Below are positions 63,765 to 64,000 of a DNA stretch of 64,000 bases, piece by piece. Where the stretch lies: contig JAEUQR010000005.1 in the NCBI GenBank assembly GCA_016789705.1, positions 215,343-279,342 of the forward strand, read 5' to 3'. The notes under the pieces were generated by a model. The model made no database searches and was not told the DNA's origin. It worked only from the letters and a program-made list of their open reading frames with translations. The stretch comes from Acidobacteriota bacterium (lineage in GTDB: Bacteria; Acidobacteriota; Vicinamibacteria; Vicinamibacterales; UBA2999). Every line of letters begins with the position of its first letter. The stretch's first letter is position 1. The translations under genes were made by a program, and so were the position numbers.

Positions 63765-64000
63765 ATGCTCCGTCGTGAGCACCGCGCCCCGCGCGGCCCC
63801 ACCACCGTGACCCTTGCCCTGCCGTCGATCACCAGCCGTCGTCATCCCCTCGTGCAGGCGTGCCGCGACGCCCGCGGCGGCGGTCCCGACGAGCCGCTGC
63901 TCCTCGACGGCTGGCACCTGCTGGTCGATGCCGTGGCGGCCGGCCTCGCGGTCGATGCCGTGGCGGTGAACGCCGACCCGCCGGGGGCCGCCGAAGCGCG
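63765..64000 (+). CDS. TrmH/SpoU-family RNA methyltransferase, N-terminal fragment (3' end lies outside the window)
   Basis: Open frame from ATG 63765 (GTG 63807 is an alternative) to the window end. ...ITSRRHPLVQACRDARGG..DEPLLLDGWHLLVDAVAAGL resembles the SpoU substrate-binding N-terminal region. Confidence 0.5.
   Translation, partial: MLRREHRAPRGPTTVTLALPSITSRRHPLVQACRDARGGGPDEPLLLDGWHLLVDAVAAGLAVDAVAVNADPPGAAEA

Overview
High-GC (about 70% by eye) bacterial chromosomal segment. Coding is dense: roughly 65 protein genes and 2 tRNAs. I recognised no rRNA, CRISPR array, transposase, integrase, phage gene or known defence gene. The content is mostly core metabolism and cell-envelope housekeeping, so I found no clear novel multi-gene system. 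Taxon cannot be set from sequence alone; synteny and GC would fit Acidobacteriota or Gemmatimonadota-like lineages. Main blocks: (1) ftsK 3' end and an AMIN-domain cell-wall amidase. (2) A minus-strand, tightly overlapping aromatic amino-acid supraoperon: aroD-aroE fusion, trpEGDCFBA, chorismate mutase, DAHP synthase, tyrA, then scoAB and a JAMM/MPN protein. (3) A secreted S55 (SpoIVB-like) peptidase and a beta-propeller protein, facing an ECF sigma/anti-sigma pair, a TPR protein and a sigma-54 activator. (4) A long plus-strand operon: aroC-def-fmt-rsmB-PASTA-rpe-thioesterase-epimerase-bamD. (5) pgsA, GDP-sugar genes and copA. (6) tRNA-Gly, deoC-rpiB, hpt and upp. (7) tRNA-Val followed by an uncharacterised Cys-rich secreted protein. 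(8) uvrB-mlaEFD-ytxH-DUF948. (9) A DHH phosphoesterase, a Cys/Met PLP enzyme, a degenerate patatin-like membrane protein and greA. Most interesting observations: a Trp-codon leader peptide (WYWYW) with terminator and antiterminator upstream of the aro/trp supraoperon; a roughly 200-nt intergenic element closed by 22-nt inverted repeats next to the tRNA-Val-adjacent orphan gene; a low-GC, GATC-dense intergenic region built around an 18-bp perfect palindrome; an S55 peptidase facing an ECF/anti-sigma pair; a secreted PI4K-type-II-like protein; and a kinase-less PASTA protein at the PrkC position of the conserved def-fmt-rsmB...rpe cluster. All functional calls rest on motif recognition by eye; no database search was run.
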